Assembly: GCA_004022145.1 (NCBI GenBank)
Contig: RCNU01000008.1
Reading direction: 5' to 3' (one strand)
Length of the DNA: 64,000 nucleotides
Origin: Paecilomyces variotii
Lineage: Eukaryota
A program made the translations under genes and the position numbers. Within the stretch, counting starts at the first letter, position 1. Each line of letters begins with the position of its first letter. The notes beneath the pieces were generated by a model. It made no database searches and was not told where the DNA came from. It saw only the letters and a program-made list of their open reading frames with translations. This document shows, piece by piece, positions 50,486-63,648 of this stretch.

Positions 50486-53400
50486 AGAATGATTGCTGCT
50501 CTTTTTGTCGTCTTCACGATGCGCATGACCCATATATACATAGAGAGAGAATAGAATGGAGAGGATGACATGACAACCTTATCATGATCAATGAGTGAAA
50601 TGTCTCCGTTCAGATTGATACCTTTAATAGCCCAGCTTCAGTTTCCGTTTTATGTATCGCAGCGCGGGTATTGCGGAGGGTCGACAGAATGGGTCGAAGA
50701 TGGACAGTTTCTTCCGATGGTTAAGAAGGTACATTTGAATACAGTTGCGCAAGGACCGTTACTTGAGAAGACTGCATTTTCTGTCATTGCTTCTCATGGA
50801 GCACTCCTATCAGTATGTTGTCTCGAAAAGGCCCCAGGTTACAGATTTAGACACCGAGGACGAGCTCTGATCCTGTGATCTATTCAGTCCATCGCATTTG
50901 TGACTAAGAACTATCTAGCAGCAAAGGGGATGAATGAATTTAGCAGAAATAGAAAGTGAGTTAATTGTCATCATTTTCAATCAGATGACAACTCCCTTCT
51001 TCGACGCGAGCACGTACCAGAAATTCATCCTCGCTCTCATATGACCTCATTGCTGTAGTGTCAAAAATGCACCTATCCTATCCCAAGATATGAATATCCT
51101 ATGACCACAAACACAATCGCGAACCGTGACTTCATAGCAAGGGGAAAAGAAGGAAGGATGAAGAACCACGAAATAACAGACGCCATGGAGACCCATCTTG
51201 CCAGGTTAGACAATTCTAAAAAAAGAAAGGACTACTCTAGAGTAGACTGAGCCTGATATCAATCCGTTAGGAGAGACATTGTTACTGGAAATGGTAACAA
51301 GGGGGAGGCGATGTCAGGTTTTCTTTATCACTTGATATATTGAAAATGTCGTAATTGAAGTAAGCTCTGTGTTATATTATGATAAAAAATGTATAATTTC
51401 CTTGCGCATTTCGAACAAAACTTATCTAGACGCACGGGTTTAATTTTAATATTTCCTCTCTGGGCGTCATGTGGTCACAGATAATGATGCTTATTCTATG
51501 GTACTGATTGCCAGGGCCTTGAGCAATTTTGGGTCGGCCCGGACCCAGAAGCGCCTGTTGCAAGTCGCGTGCGTGGCGTTGTGTGTTTGAGGAATTGACA
51601 TGCTTAGATCTTGACAGGAGATCAGATGATGTATGTACTATACATGACAACATAGATCGACTCCATACTGAGAAAGGAGTTGTCTATGTATGTCACCACC
51701 ATCATTGTTATCATGCGGAAATCTGGAGGATCAGTGGGATATTTTCTTCGTTCTGTTTTCAATTTGCCTGTTACAAGGGCGTTGAATGTGTTACATATTG
51801 CATGTACAGTACAAATTTGAGCGGTAGGGCTAATCTGGAGCATCCATGGCTGGCTGTGTCACCATGCTGTCCAACCGGGAAGCATGGCCGCCATGCCGTC
51901 TCACCTTCTAATGCATTCAATGCATCCTCTCTATACCATATGCAGTGCATATGGTATATACTTCACAGCATAGTCAGAACGCATCTCAGATTGGAGCTTC
52001 GTTCAATGCAATTTCACAACGCGGTAAGCTTTTCCATTTTGCCATTTTTCCCTTATATTCTTTTCTTCTTCAGCTCTTCCCGTTCCTGCGCCGCGGTTTG
52101 GGTAGGCGAAAAGGAACGAAGGGGAAAAATATGGAATGATGGAATGCACACTGGAGCATTTTTGCCGAAGCAAGGGATGAGGAAATCTCGAGAGAAAAAG
52201 GAATCACACGCGAACTCCATCAATTGATGGACTAGCGCGCTCCGCTTTTTCATAGGTTCGCGTTCTAATTCTGCCTTTTTTTGTCTGTTCCAACTTCCTG
52301 GAGTCGTTCTTTACCCCTTGGCCCCGACGTAGTGGATTCCTTCTAGCTCCAAGCCGACATGAGCCGAGAGATCTACCGCTTAACGCCAAGTAGAAAAGCC
52401 CCAATCGAGTCTTGCTGCCTGAATAGGAACAGTGCAACGAATAATGAGCGGAGAAAGGAGTATGACAGTCCTCCGTATGTAGGTCAAAAAAGAGAAGAAA
52501 CATCAATAGCACCAGACCCACCCGGTTTCTTGACGTGGGTTGTCCCTGTTGTTTTTGATACCCTTTTTCTTTATTACCAGGGTGCAGTGGGCTCTCTCTT
52601 GATGAGCAAAAAATAGAACACACGAGTTTGTTATTCCTCCATTCTGTGGCTATCTATCGTATTTTCGCTCTTCTTTGTTGTTCCGCTGTGATTGATTACT
52701 GTTGTCTCTGGATGGGGGTTTTGCTTGGATCTACGTGGCAAAGCGGGACGCAATTCCGGACTGCGCGAGCCCAATTTCCGCGCAATAATGGAACTGGTCG
52801 AATTGGACAGTGCTGATGTAGTTCGTGCAGGGGACAATCTGTCTTCCTGAAGTCGTGTGAGAGTTGTTTATCAGGACTGCGAATTGCAAAGACAGGAACC
52901 TGCCGAAGATGTAATGGAAGAAGGCTTGATGCGAGGATTTGCAAATCCATCAGGCAAGTTTAGGTTTGCCAAAAGCATGCGCCAGGGCGTAGAGTTCGAC
53001 CTGGTAACGGACAGTAGCTCGTCCGGAAGCTGTCGAAGCTATACTTGCGGACGAGGATCGTAGTCTATAGTGACGCCCGCGTTGTCTCCACAGTCTCTTC
53101 AGACTCTCGCTGAGATTGTTGTTAGCCTTAATCTGACAATAATTTATGGTAGAGTAGACGGGTCTCTTCATCCTGCGTCCCCGTAACCAGCTGCACAGAT
53201 TCTTCAGACCCGAGTCATTCGCGCCGACGCCCTGGGATACCCGCCCTCTCTCTCCCTGGCAGGGGAACGGCCGCGCGAGCGACGAACCGTCCAAAAGAGG
53301 CAGAGAGGAATGTGTCGCGTACAACGGACGCGATGCGAACCCTGCACGCCGTTCTCAATTCAGGTAGCCCCCGTTCCAGTGTTCCACAGTGAAATTGTGC

Positions 53401-53819
53401 CGAGCTAGAGCCCTTACCGGGTGGATTTCGTTTCAACCTCCGGATTTTCCTAGGAAACATGCCAATGGTTTTGATATATATGGTGTCCGCCGTCGCCGGG
53501 CCTTGACCCTCTGGATTCTTTGTTCATTCTCCCCACCTGTTCAATAAACAAGTCAATGTCATAGACATCAATTCTTTCTTTACCTTCCTTTGTGTGTTTC
53601 TTATCCATTGTCTCTCGTTTCTCCAATTCAACTCAGCGTTATTCTTATTGTTGTTATTGTCATCAAGCGTCATTCGTTCATCGCCGCACTTTAGACATAC
53701 TCTTCCATCTACAACGTCCTTCTCGCTGTGGATATTCGCTTGTTTCCATAACAGTACAACAACCAAAAACAACAACAACAGCTCTTAATACAATAATTAT
53801 CAATCCTTTACACCAAAAA

Positions 53820-54234
53820 ATGGGTTGCTTCCGACAGATGTTCCAGTGCTTGGTGGCTCCTTTCCAGCGCAAGAAGGAGCAGCCTCGCGCATTGGAAATT
53901 GTATGCTACCTCCCCCCAACAGTGAGTCTAGACGGCTAAAACTAACCTATCTGAATGTAGGGACCCCCGACCAACTTCCGTAAGGAAGAATCCCCCGTCT
54001 TGTTCTCGGACGACGAGTGCGTACACCTTTTATTCCCAGCTGCCTCAAACCTGATACCGATTACTGACTCCTATGTGTAGCACCTTGGCACCTCATGACA
54101 GCCATTGCGATGTCGCAGAGAAAGTGTCTGACAGTGATGCTGCTGGGCAGCAGAACTCGAGGCGCGATATGATCAAGCAACATGTGCGAAGACTGAGCAC
54201 CAAGATCACTCCACCAGCGCCCGCAAGCTCATGA
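53820..54234 (+). CDS. Three-exon 96-aa protein with MGC N-terminus and CRIB-like motif
   Basis: Introns 53901-53960 (GTATGC..CTAAC..TAG) and 54017-54080 (GTGCGT..CTGAC..TAG) give MGCFRQMFQCLVAPFQRKKEQPRALEIGTPTNFRKEESPVLFSDDDTLAP...; A-rich context AAAAAATG. Confidence 0.7.
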
Positions 54235-54500
54235 AGCTTTTGTTTCAACAACGCAATCGCGATGACGTAACAACACGAAGATCGATATGATAGACGAAGG
54301 GATTTGTGAAACAAAATTGTTTTGAGAGCATGACGCTAGTGAGTGGGTTCATGGAGGTGCCCGTCGATCGACATTCAGGGCAAATTGGATCATTTTTGAG
54401 AAAAAGGTTTCCGGGGCCATCAGTTTTCGTCGGAGGATATTTCCCAGATCCAGTACACCTTTTTAATATCTCGCTCGACCGCTGCGAAGGTCGTTCTTCA

Positions 54501-55766
54501 TTACACCAGAAATGTGGGGACCTCGTTTAGGCGTGATTTCTTCGTCTTCGGACCATCGTCATGAGGCCGCCTTTGCGGCGTCACCGAAGCCGAAGATGAA
54601 TGGGACGTTGGTTCCTGATTTGACATCTCCGGTTTTCCTTTGTGTGGAGTACTATCCAATTCATCAAAAAACATATCCATCTTGGATTTAGAACGTGATC
54701 TTGAAGGAGCATTGTAACTAGAATGCTTAGAATCCACTGCTCTCCCAGAACTTGGGGATGGGTGATCGACCTTCTCAGAGGAAAGCGGCTTCCTAGTAAC
54801 TGGACTTGATGTAGTATTTCGCAGAGGTGTCATAAACGGTCTCTTCACGGAAGTAGCTTTGGTGGGCTGGATGTCCAGATCATTGTCGTCCTCGGATGCT
54901 GTAGTCTCGATCTCCTCAACGTCTGGCTGGCCGCGGCGCGCTGGCGGAGACGAACGTAAAGGACTACCCCTATCGACTGAGGCGGATGCTTGAGAGTAGC
55001 CTGCCGCGGCTCTCGTTCTAGACTTGATACCCTGTAGACCAACGAGAGACTGCGCCTTCCTCGGACTCGTCATCAGACCGTGCAACGAAGTCCCGACCCA
55101 GGGGTCATCTTCGTCCTCTTCCAGTTCATCCTCTTCGTCGCTATCAACTCGAGGTCGCTTCCCTTTCATCTTCTCCAAGCCGGCCTTCTGACGCGCAGAC
55201 AGCGCTTCGATCAGTTTTTTCTTCTTGGTCTCTTCCCTTATCTCAGTTCGGCCATCTGTGGGCCGTGCTAGATCGTTGATAGCCGCCGCATTCCGCAATT
55301 TTGCTTCCTTTCTCTGTCGCACATATTCCGCATGATGGAGATGCTGCGTGAATTCCTGCGCGATCGCATAGAACTCATCTTCGACCATGATGTACTTGTC
55401 GTCATTGTCGAAGCCCTCAATGAGGTATCTGCTCTCGCGCCAGCATCAGTATGGCATAAAGAATTTATCCTGAAAGAAGGCTACTACTGACTCTTCAGCT
55501 GGAGGCTGTCTGATTGGGGAGCTTGACGGGCTTCGAGCTGTGGGAGGAAACTTATATCAGCAATGTGAATCCCCACAGTACGTAGGATACATACAAGATC
55601 GCAGAATGTCGCGTTTGGTAGGAGTATCTGTAACTGTAGGTTTCCTTCCTCTATTAGACCAGTCGCTACGAGGCGTCACGGAATCTGTTCGCTTTGGGAG
55701 TGGTGTCGCTTGCTTGCTGGGCGTGTCATGCGCTCCGCCTGTCAGCCATGGCAGCGTCCGCGGCAT
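54501..55766 (-). CDS. Fungal hypothetical protein (disordered, Ser/acidic-rich)
   Basis: MPRTLPWL start; introns 55594-55538 and 55491-55429 join it to GFDNDDKYIMVEDEFYAIAQEFTQHLHHAEY...WVGTSLHGLM...EVPTFLV. Confidence 0.75.
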
Positions 55767-56254
55767 GATGCATGAGACGCGTCTTTCCAGGAAAAATGAG
55801 GCGAAAGATATCGACAGCTAAAACTGAGGCACCGCATCCCCGGAGTACACAGGTTGATGTCTCTTGAACGGATGCAGATGTGCCACGGCGACAGTATTTG
55901 GATGTTGTGAGCTTGAGGTGAGAGATCCCCGGCAGCGGTTCGGTCTAGCCTAGAAGCTCCGCCAAATATCTGCCCCAGCTGATCGGTTACCGAACTACTA
56001 TCGAAATCATACGAAAGATATCGCATATTCTTACTTCTCCCAAAACATACGGTAACAAAAGATGGATTTTCATTCTTGATTCTGGGTATCTAGATAGCCA
56101 CAAATAGGACCGTGCACCCCCAAACGCCAATGCTACCAAAGCAGCACTTTATTCAAAGTACTGCTGTCTGAAACAAACGAGCCATTTTAGAATATCCCAG
56201 TGCGCATATATTTCGAAAGCGATGTCGAGGGCCTGTTGGGGGCGCCTCTCCAGA

Positions 56255-56766
56255 TCATGCTTCTCCCGGTCGTTTGCTGTTGCAGCTCACGATCTTGACC
56301 TTATCCGCGGAAACGGTCGACTGGTTGTCGAGCTTGAAAGTGACATCCTTGATAAGGAAAGTCCAGACCTCATCGCAGAATCGGTATGTATCAAGATGGC
56401 CCTTTATTGTACAGCGCTCCACGTCAGTCCCGTCCCAAAATGAAAGCGATTCCTTTGCAGACTGCTACCCCGGAGACACTCCCCAGACCACAGTAAATGA
56501 AGAGGTAGTACCTTAAAAGTGAGCCTGGCGCGGACCTTATCCGCAAGGACTTCTGTAATAACACGGTCAAAGTTCGACAGGATCTTCATAGCCAACTGCG
56601 GCTCGATCCGTCCCTCGTTGATCAGGTCATCGAGCGTATCGGTAAGGGAAAGGCCGATACTGGATAAGAACCAAAGTTAGCACCAAGATCTATCAGGCTG
56701 TCCCGCCCAGGTAGGTAAAAAGCACCTGCTACCGCGATAAAGCTCATAGTATGCCTGAGCGCTCAT
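56255..56766 (-). CDS. toa2: Transcription initiation factor IIA gamma (small) subunit
   Basis: [62 protein letters not shown]; two introns. Confidence 0.96.
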
Positions 56767-57041
56767 TTTGGCGAGTTGATGGGCAGGATGAAGTTCAACT
56801 AACCTCCTCAAGAGGTTGAAAGATGCCGGAATCGCCAGCCTGAGTCAGCACGTTCGCGGGGATATTGATTTCACGTGATCCGAGACCGGGTCTGGGTTGT
56901 TTGTCTCTGTTTGCATATATTACGTCAAAGGCAAGAATGTTGCTTTGAACAGAAATCAGAGTTGTTAGATGGTTCCAAGTTGAATATTAAATCAATCGTT
57001 TGACCCAATTTTCAGTTTCACTCAATTACAGCTTCTCCGAT

Positions 57042-57445
57042 ATGTTGTCGATTCGTCTTCAAAGGACTTGTGTATTGCGTGCTGGATTCATCAGGCACTC
57101 CGCTTCGCGGTTAACCACAACGCGAAGCCGCTCTAAGACAACTGGTTCGTGGCAACTATATATATCACTTGGTTTTGGATGCTGTGACTGACCTGAGCAA
57201 ATCTAGGCGTAGATACAAAGGCATCGGATTCCAAAGAGCCTAGCAATCGACAGACATCTACTAGTCAAGATAGCAAAACGGACGCCGAGAAAAAGATGAA
57301 AACAATGGCAGACCTAGACGACGAGCTGCGCCAAAAACTTGAGAATATGTCAGGTGAAGGCGGAGCGTCTGGACTCGAATATGAGAATGGGAAGCCGGTC
57401 GCCATGAAGAGGAGCGTGAGGAACAACATGTTCCGGTACATCTGA
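57042..57445 (+). CDS. Small hypothetical protein with putative mitochondrial presequence
   Basis: Arg/Ser/Thr-rich, acid-free N-terminus; intron from 57145 to 57206 or 57212; C-terminal KTMADLDDELRQKLENMSGEGGASGLEYENGKPVAMKRSVRNNMFRYI. Confidence 0.7.
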
Positions 57446-58428
57446 CCCACGAGCGGTAGACATACGAGATTGAAAGCTAGTGGAAGAGCGCCGCCTAGGG
57501 ACCCAACGCGAACAATGAGCACTATTCTATGGCCTGGAATCCATATGGAGATTCACCATTCAGCTGCCGTAGTGGTCTTGCAAGATGTCGAAAAAATTCC
57601 GGATCTTTCTCCGGTGTCGGCGGCGGCGGCGGCTGCTGCCACCAGTAAGCCACCTGATATATGACCACGTCGATCTGGCTCGCCGAATAAACATTTTCGG
57701 GGCGCAAATATCGAAAGCCACAAATGTGAGACCGCTGGAAAAGCTAGCTAGAGCCTGCGTAAGATTCGGCAGAGCCCAGTCTCGTGTATAACGGCTCCGA
57801 CACTTGACAGCGCCAAATGCCCCTAACCCTAGCTGCGATACGAGTGACGGCTACTGTAATGATCAGAGAAAGGTACTGCACACACAGCCACATGTTAACG
57901 ATAGAAAGGATATGTTACTGTTAAGAATGCTGTTTATTCATAGCCCGCGTTTCACAGTTGTACGATAACTCATCACAGCCAAGGAATAATGATAAGAAAT
58001 CAGACTCATCCAAGCACAAAATGCTCTTGACTAGTACATGTAAAACAGTTTCAGGTGTTTTGTTTTCTGGGGGTTTCTTTTCAGGTGCAATGCTGGCGAA
58101 GGAGAGGGCTTAAGCAAGCCTCGAATCCACTTCTGATGCCATGTAAGATGAGGGGGAAAAAGAACAAAGCTCACATGCAGTTAGTGGTATCGAATTCCAT
58201 GTTACCAGAACGCCATGCAGTGGAAGAATAATAGATGACAGACATTTATGATTGTCAGCCAGTGCGCCTGATATAATCGATATCGCATTGATCTCGAATG
58301 AAGAGACTCGCGCAATGATAGGGAAGGGGGTTATCCAGCTTCTTCTGCAATCAACTCGCCTATCTTGTCGTTTTCAAAACTGAACCGCACAGCGGATGAA
58401 CCGTAATCACACCAATCTGATTTTAGAC

Positions 58429-60391
58429 TTAAACAGAGGCGACCATACCAGCTAGCACCCCTGCACCGATTATGCCACCGTCCGAGGCTTCTCTCAGGAA
58501 GACAGATTTACCTCCTCTCTGGGGACCCGTTCTTATGATGAGCCTATCAATGTACTGCTGACACGTCTCCTTGAAATTGGGGTAATTCTGTATGATACCA
58601 CCGGTGTAGGCCACAACCAACTCCTCAGGGCCAGAACGCCAGTCGAGAGGCGCAGGGGAGAGAACAGGAACGATCGGTCCAATTGCGCTTGTGGCCTGGT
58701 TCGTAGTCTCTGCTGCCAAGGATGAGGTTGGAGCCCCTTCCGTTGATCCGCCAGGCAAATTGGGACTACCGTTCGGCATGGGTGAGTTGGCGTTGCTGTC
58801 AACCTTCAGTTCGATTTCACGAGTACATGCAAGTAATCCGACCACAGCTGCTGCGATAAGCCCAGCAGACCTTGTCTGCACGGCCCTGGCAATTTTGCGG
58901 AATGCGCCTGCCGAGTTCTCATCCCAGTTCCACTCACTGGACTCTGGAGGGGGGAGAGAGCGGCGCAATTCCTCCGCAAGCGCTTCGTCGGATCGAGAGC
59001 GTGCGACTTTCTGAGCAATGTAGGTGGTGGTTAACGCATAGTCTTGGACAAGGTTTGCAGGAAGTTCTTTCCTGGATAGTCCCTCCACTTCTGTCAAGTA
59101 GTCGAAAAGGACTAGTCGGATTAGTTCACCCACGTATCTCCCTCCGGTCATGTATTCGAAAGGCTGGAAACCCGGACGAGCGCAGTTCTTGTCAAGTTCT
59201 ATGTCCCACTTCGTTGTGATTTCCAACTCCTTCAGGGGCCCTGCAGCTCCGCCAATGGTCCATTCCGTATTGACCACTGTCTGCGTCGCGTTTGCATCCT
59301 TGGACTTTACGTGGTTAGCTTTAGAATCATGCAGGTCAGTGAGTTTCATTGGGATTGTGGCATTACAGCCGGTTCCGACAATGATACCCATGGCCACTCG
59401 ACTGTTCGGCAAAGATTTGACTGAGTATGCCAGCGAGGCAAGCGTGGCAACGGTATCGTTAGTAATAGCAGTTATCTTTAGCTTCGGCAGCGCAAAGAGC
59501 TTCCGACGCTTGGAAGATGGCATATCATCCTCGTCTGGGCGCCTTGTGTGCTTCTCATATCCTGCAAGAAGTATTTTGCGGAGATTCAGATCAGACGTGA
59601 TTGCAAAGCCTTTACCCATAGGCATCAATGTTGCTTCTGCCAGAGACTCTTGCCTGCTTTTGGTTAGCATCACGCTTTGGAGACAAGCAACAACTGATAA
59701 ACCAGAATCTTAATGGACAGAATCGCGTAAACTGCATAGTAAAAAACAAATCATTGTAGACTTACATGATAGGGAAGCTGAAAGTGATACCCATTTCCAG
59801 CTCCGCAGGGATGTCCCCTTTAGTAGCATCCGAAGTCAAGTTGTCCGCTACCACTTCAGCAATACAGTCCCCGATCCACGCAAAGAGATCATCAGCCTTG
59901 TCCATCTTCAAATGCTCGCCAATTGGCCACGCTTTCTCTGAGGTTCGTTTCACACGCTGCCTTTGGGCTTTGCGAATAGTATCACGTGATTTGTCAGATG
60001 ACCCTGTAGACCGTACATCGAAATCAGCAGCTTCTCCCAGCAGCTCGATGAAAGCGACTCTAAGATTACTGCCGCCGACATCAATGGCTAGGTAGCGACC
60101 AGTTTCTTGGCCAGTGGGGAGGCGGGTCACTGGCGTCGGAAGGAATTGCTGATCAGATGTTCGAGCAAGGTGTTGGTACACTTCCGAGAAACGGCGCGCC
60201 AAGCTGTACAGCTTGGCCTCATCCAGGATAAGGGGGGCGAGGAAATCATCGATCTTCCGGACCTCTTCAGACTCTGGGTATTCTTCTTCAGAATCAGACT
60301 CAGACTCAGAGTCCTCCATGTACCGGTCATAGGGAGAGTTGCCGTCAAGTTCTTCGTCATCTATGGACCGCACCGTGCCTTGGTCGGCCAT
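58429..60391 (-). CDS. Atypical hexokinase-like protein (HxkD/XprF-like)
   Basis: LPTGQETGRYLAIDVGGSNLRV, MGITFSFP, ITNDTVATL, GIIVGTGCNA, VVNTEW, PGFQPFEYMTGGRY, DGGIIGAG; basic insert SSKRRK; intron 59765-59654; the start may lie further upstream. Confidence 0.88.
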
Positions 60392-63300
60392 TGTGACTTT
60401 GGAATAGTAAAGAGATATTGAACTGGCCGTGGTCAGAGGGAAGCTATCGCAGCTCTGATAATGAACACCTGAGATAGGTATCGACCACTGGCCGGACTTT
60501 GGTACAATGACCAGCTGGTAAATGTTCGTTAGTTTTGTAAATAGCAGGCTGTATTTATGTCTTCTGAACATACCTTTAGCAAATTCTTATTCCTGAGCCG
60601 AGTACGCGTCGTCTAGCACATAGCTAACATCAGCATTTGAAGATGTCTCCTGGCCTTGGCGTTAAAGTACAGTAATAAGGTTAAATCAGGAAATGATTTT
60701 CCTTGTCGAACTAAGGGAGACAGAAGTAATTGACTCAAACGCGTCAGGAATACTGCGTAATGGAATGACGCAAGGTCTAAAGGATAGCTTCTGGCTGAAG
60801 TGTTAGGCAACAGCTGATATGCTAAACAGAGTAGGAAATGCACTCACTAGGGGTTCAAGTGCTCATCCAGGAAGTGATACAGGACATGTACCAAACTGTC
60901 AGACCCAGGCACCTGGTCGCTCAAAAGCGGATCAATGAACGGTCTGAAGATGTCTTTGTCTGTCCGCGGTCCGGGCCATTCAATATCAGATGGATAGCGT
61001 GTGATTGGGGTAAGATAGAGTGAGAGACGCGGGGCTCAGTAGCAAGCACCCGTTGTATCGGGTCTGTGAGTCAGAGGGGAAGATGAAAAGAGATGGTGGC
61101 AGAATAAAAAGGTCACAAAAAAAGTTATGGAAAGTGGAAGTGAAGTCAAGCTGATGGATGGACAAATGCGACCATCGGGGCACGAGGCCTCACCCCGATG
61201 TGACGCTGTGGTAAGTAAAAGCAACTCTGTTGTCTGTCTTGGTTTGGAACTCCAGACCAAAGTCACTGGCTTAGTAGACGCGCAGCCGTCGTTGGGTCAT
61301 AGCCCAACGTGGTTCCTGGTGGGCACCGGCGCCTAGGTAATACCTTTTAACTCGTTAAATCGGCGCGATGTTTTTTCTTGCTATGTTTCCTTACTCAAGT
61401 GGGCAACGAGCGACGGGCCGATGAAAAGGTGTGGGTTGCCCGGCTCCAACGTGTGTTATGGTGGTACGTATTACCGTCAAGCTGCTCGATGGCATACAAC
61501 GCAATCGGCACTTCGATACTCACTTTTACGGCTACTCGTCTTGCGCTATATCCCGGTCATCTCCCTTTTTTCATTATTCTTATCGCTATATTTTGCTCTA
61601 CTTCCTGCGGCTGAGCGCCAGAGAATGATGTGGCTAAGCCACAACGGACGAGATAGAACAATATGACAAGGGTATGGAAACCCTTGCATCTGCTGCTCTT
61701 TTTCTAGCCTTGATTCCCTTGACGCTATGAATCATCTACCAACTTACGATTACTATAGCCATGGGTTAATTGCTATACACCAATCATCCAGTGCGTCATG
61801 CCGTATTTGCCCATGCAAAACAGTGAGCGGTATACTCCGATTCCAAAGATGGCAGGTAGTCTGCACCAGGTTAAAGTAGAAACTGATATACTATCACGCA
61901 TAAGCCTCTGTCCATTGTTCGCATTATTATTGATCCAAGACTCCTTGTGAGATTTGTATCCTGTTCTGGATATGCAGCTGTCGCGGAATAAACCGCTATG
62001 GCTGTACCTCGAATTCTGTCTCCACCATTCAGCTGCTACTACATTATTGAACTGGATAGTATTATGGCGCAATGAATAATGGCAATTCGTAACAGATGCG
62101 AACGACGATGGATACTCGATTCATCTTTGAGTGGCGGGACCCGACAGGAGGATGCGTTTATGCGAACTGCGTAACGCCCCTGCTGCCAGGAACGAGTCAG
62201 CAACTGACAGTCCGTGACTCCGTGTATTATTGATATTACGCTTGCATACGGGGACCACTTGGGACTATCCGCCATGTGGTCGACGAAGGCGGGGCCATGA
62301 AAGGCCAGTATTACTTGAAACAGTTTAACAGTCCTACTCTCTACAGCATAGGATGTGAATTGAGCGTTGAGGATGCAACGCCTTATTGGGAAGCATGATA
62401 TCAACTACGACATTGTCAGTCTAGTTGTCTGTCCGTAAGTGCACATTCGATGGGACGCATCCGGCTTCTGTATCAGAATGTCTAACAAGTACACAGCAGG
62501 TGAGAAATGAGTCCTGGACACCACGGTCGAGGAGGAGGGGGTTGCACGCGCGGTCAGAGTCATAGCTGCTGGTTAATCTAATGAACCGGCGGATCTTTTT
62601 TCTCTGAGAGGAGTCAGTCCGCCTCTTCCCGTGTGGATGTCAACGTTTCCTGCGCTAAAGCACCACTCTGAACCTGGCGGGTTCCAACCGTAGCGAAGAT
62701 GATTATCATCACCCAACACCAGCTTGATACGCCCTTAGCAGAAAGCGGAGCAGATCTGGGCTGCGACATCGGATCGGAAATCGACAAGAGCACGAGCCAA
62801 CTTGGTCTCCCATCAAACGGCACGGCTAGTTAGTCAACTCAGACGGCTTCAAAGTTTGAGGCTGATGCGCGTGCCATGGCACTCCATTTCTCGTCCGATA
62901 GGCGCATATTGGTTGAATAGGCGAGTCCGGGATAGGGCGGTGGATGGCACCTTGACCAGTCAATAATATTTTCTACTGCCGATGTGGAAGACTCACCAAA
63001 GGACGGAGAGGAATGGCTAGAACGATCTGTCCGGAGCTGTTTACAGTTTCTCTGACCCCCACTTTGAGTGAGATGAGAAATTGGGGCTTCGTTTCTGGGG
63101 CTTCATAGACATAGAGTGACATACCCTAGTAGCGTGGACCGCCGTTGGGCTATCACGTATTATTCTTCAGCAACTTAGCCAGTTGCTCGGGACTAAGCCA
63201 ATTGCGCAGACCTATGAGAAGCTCAGATGACACCGTTTGCTGAGAAAACGCCAAACCGTCACAACAGATGGAAACCCGATCTATTTTTTGTCGGGGCTGT

Positions 63301-63648
63301 GCAGTAATAATATGCAGTCTTGTATCGAGAAAGTACAAAGTCCAGGGCGATCAGTAGTGATATTGATTCTGAATAAGAGAGAATCACTAGTTATATCTTC
63401 GTCAGCTGTGTACTCTGGTTACGTATATTTATTGTAGAGTGATCGTGTAATAATATAGTAGTCGTGCACGGGCGCAGTTTCAGCGAGACGTCAGCTCCCA
63501 ATACCGCCGCGATCGTCCTCCACCCATGTACAGTACCTCATCGACGTAACCCAAGACCCGCTGTCTACATCTTGTCGATAATAATACTTTCCAGGTCATG
63601 AGGGCTCGAATCCTAGCAGAAATTTGAACGTCAGGATCGGAGGAAACC

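Noticed and set aside
50486..53819. ORFs in the long intergenic region (e.g. 232 aa at 51529-52227)
   Set aside because: Non-ATG starts, atypical composition and no motifs or coherent splice model; more likely regulatory DNA.
60620..63590. Short ORFs between the hexokinase-like gene and GILT
   Set aside because: No recognisable domains or consistent exon structure; a small gene or ncRNA cannot be excluded.
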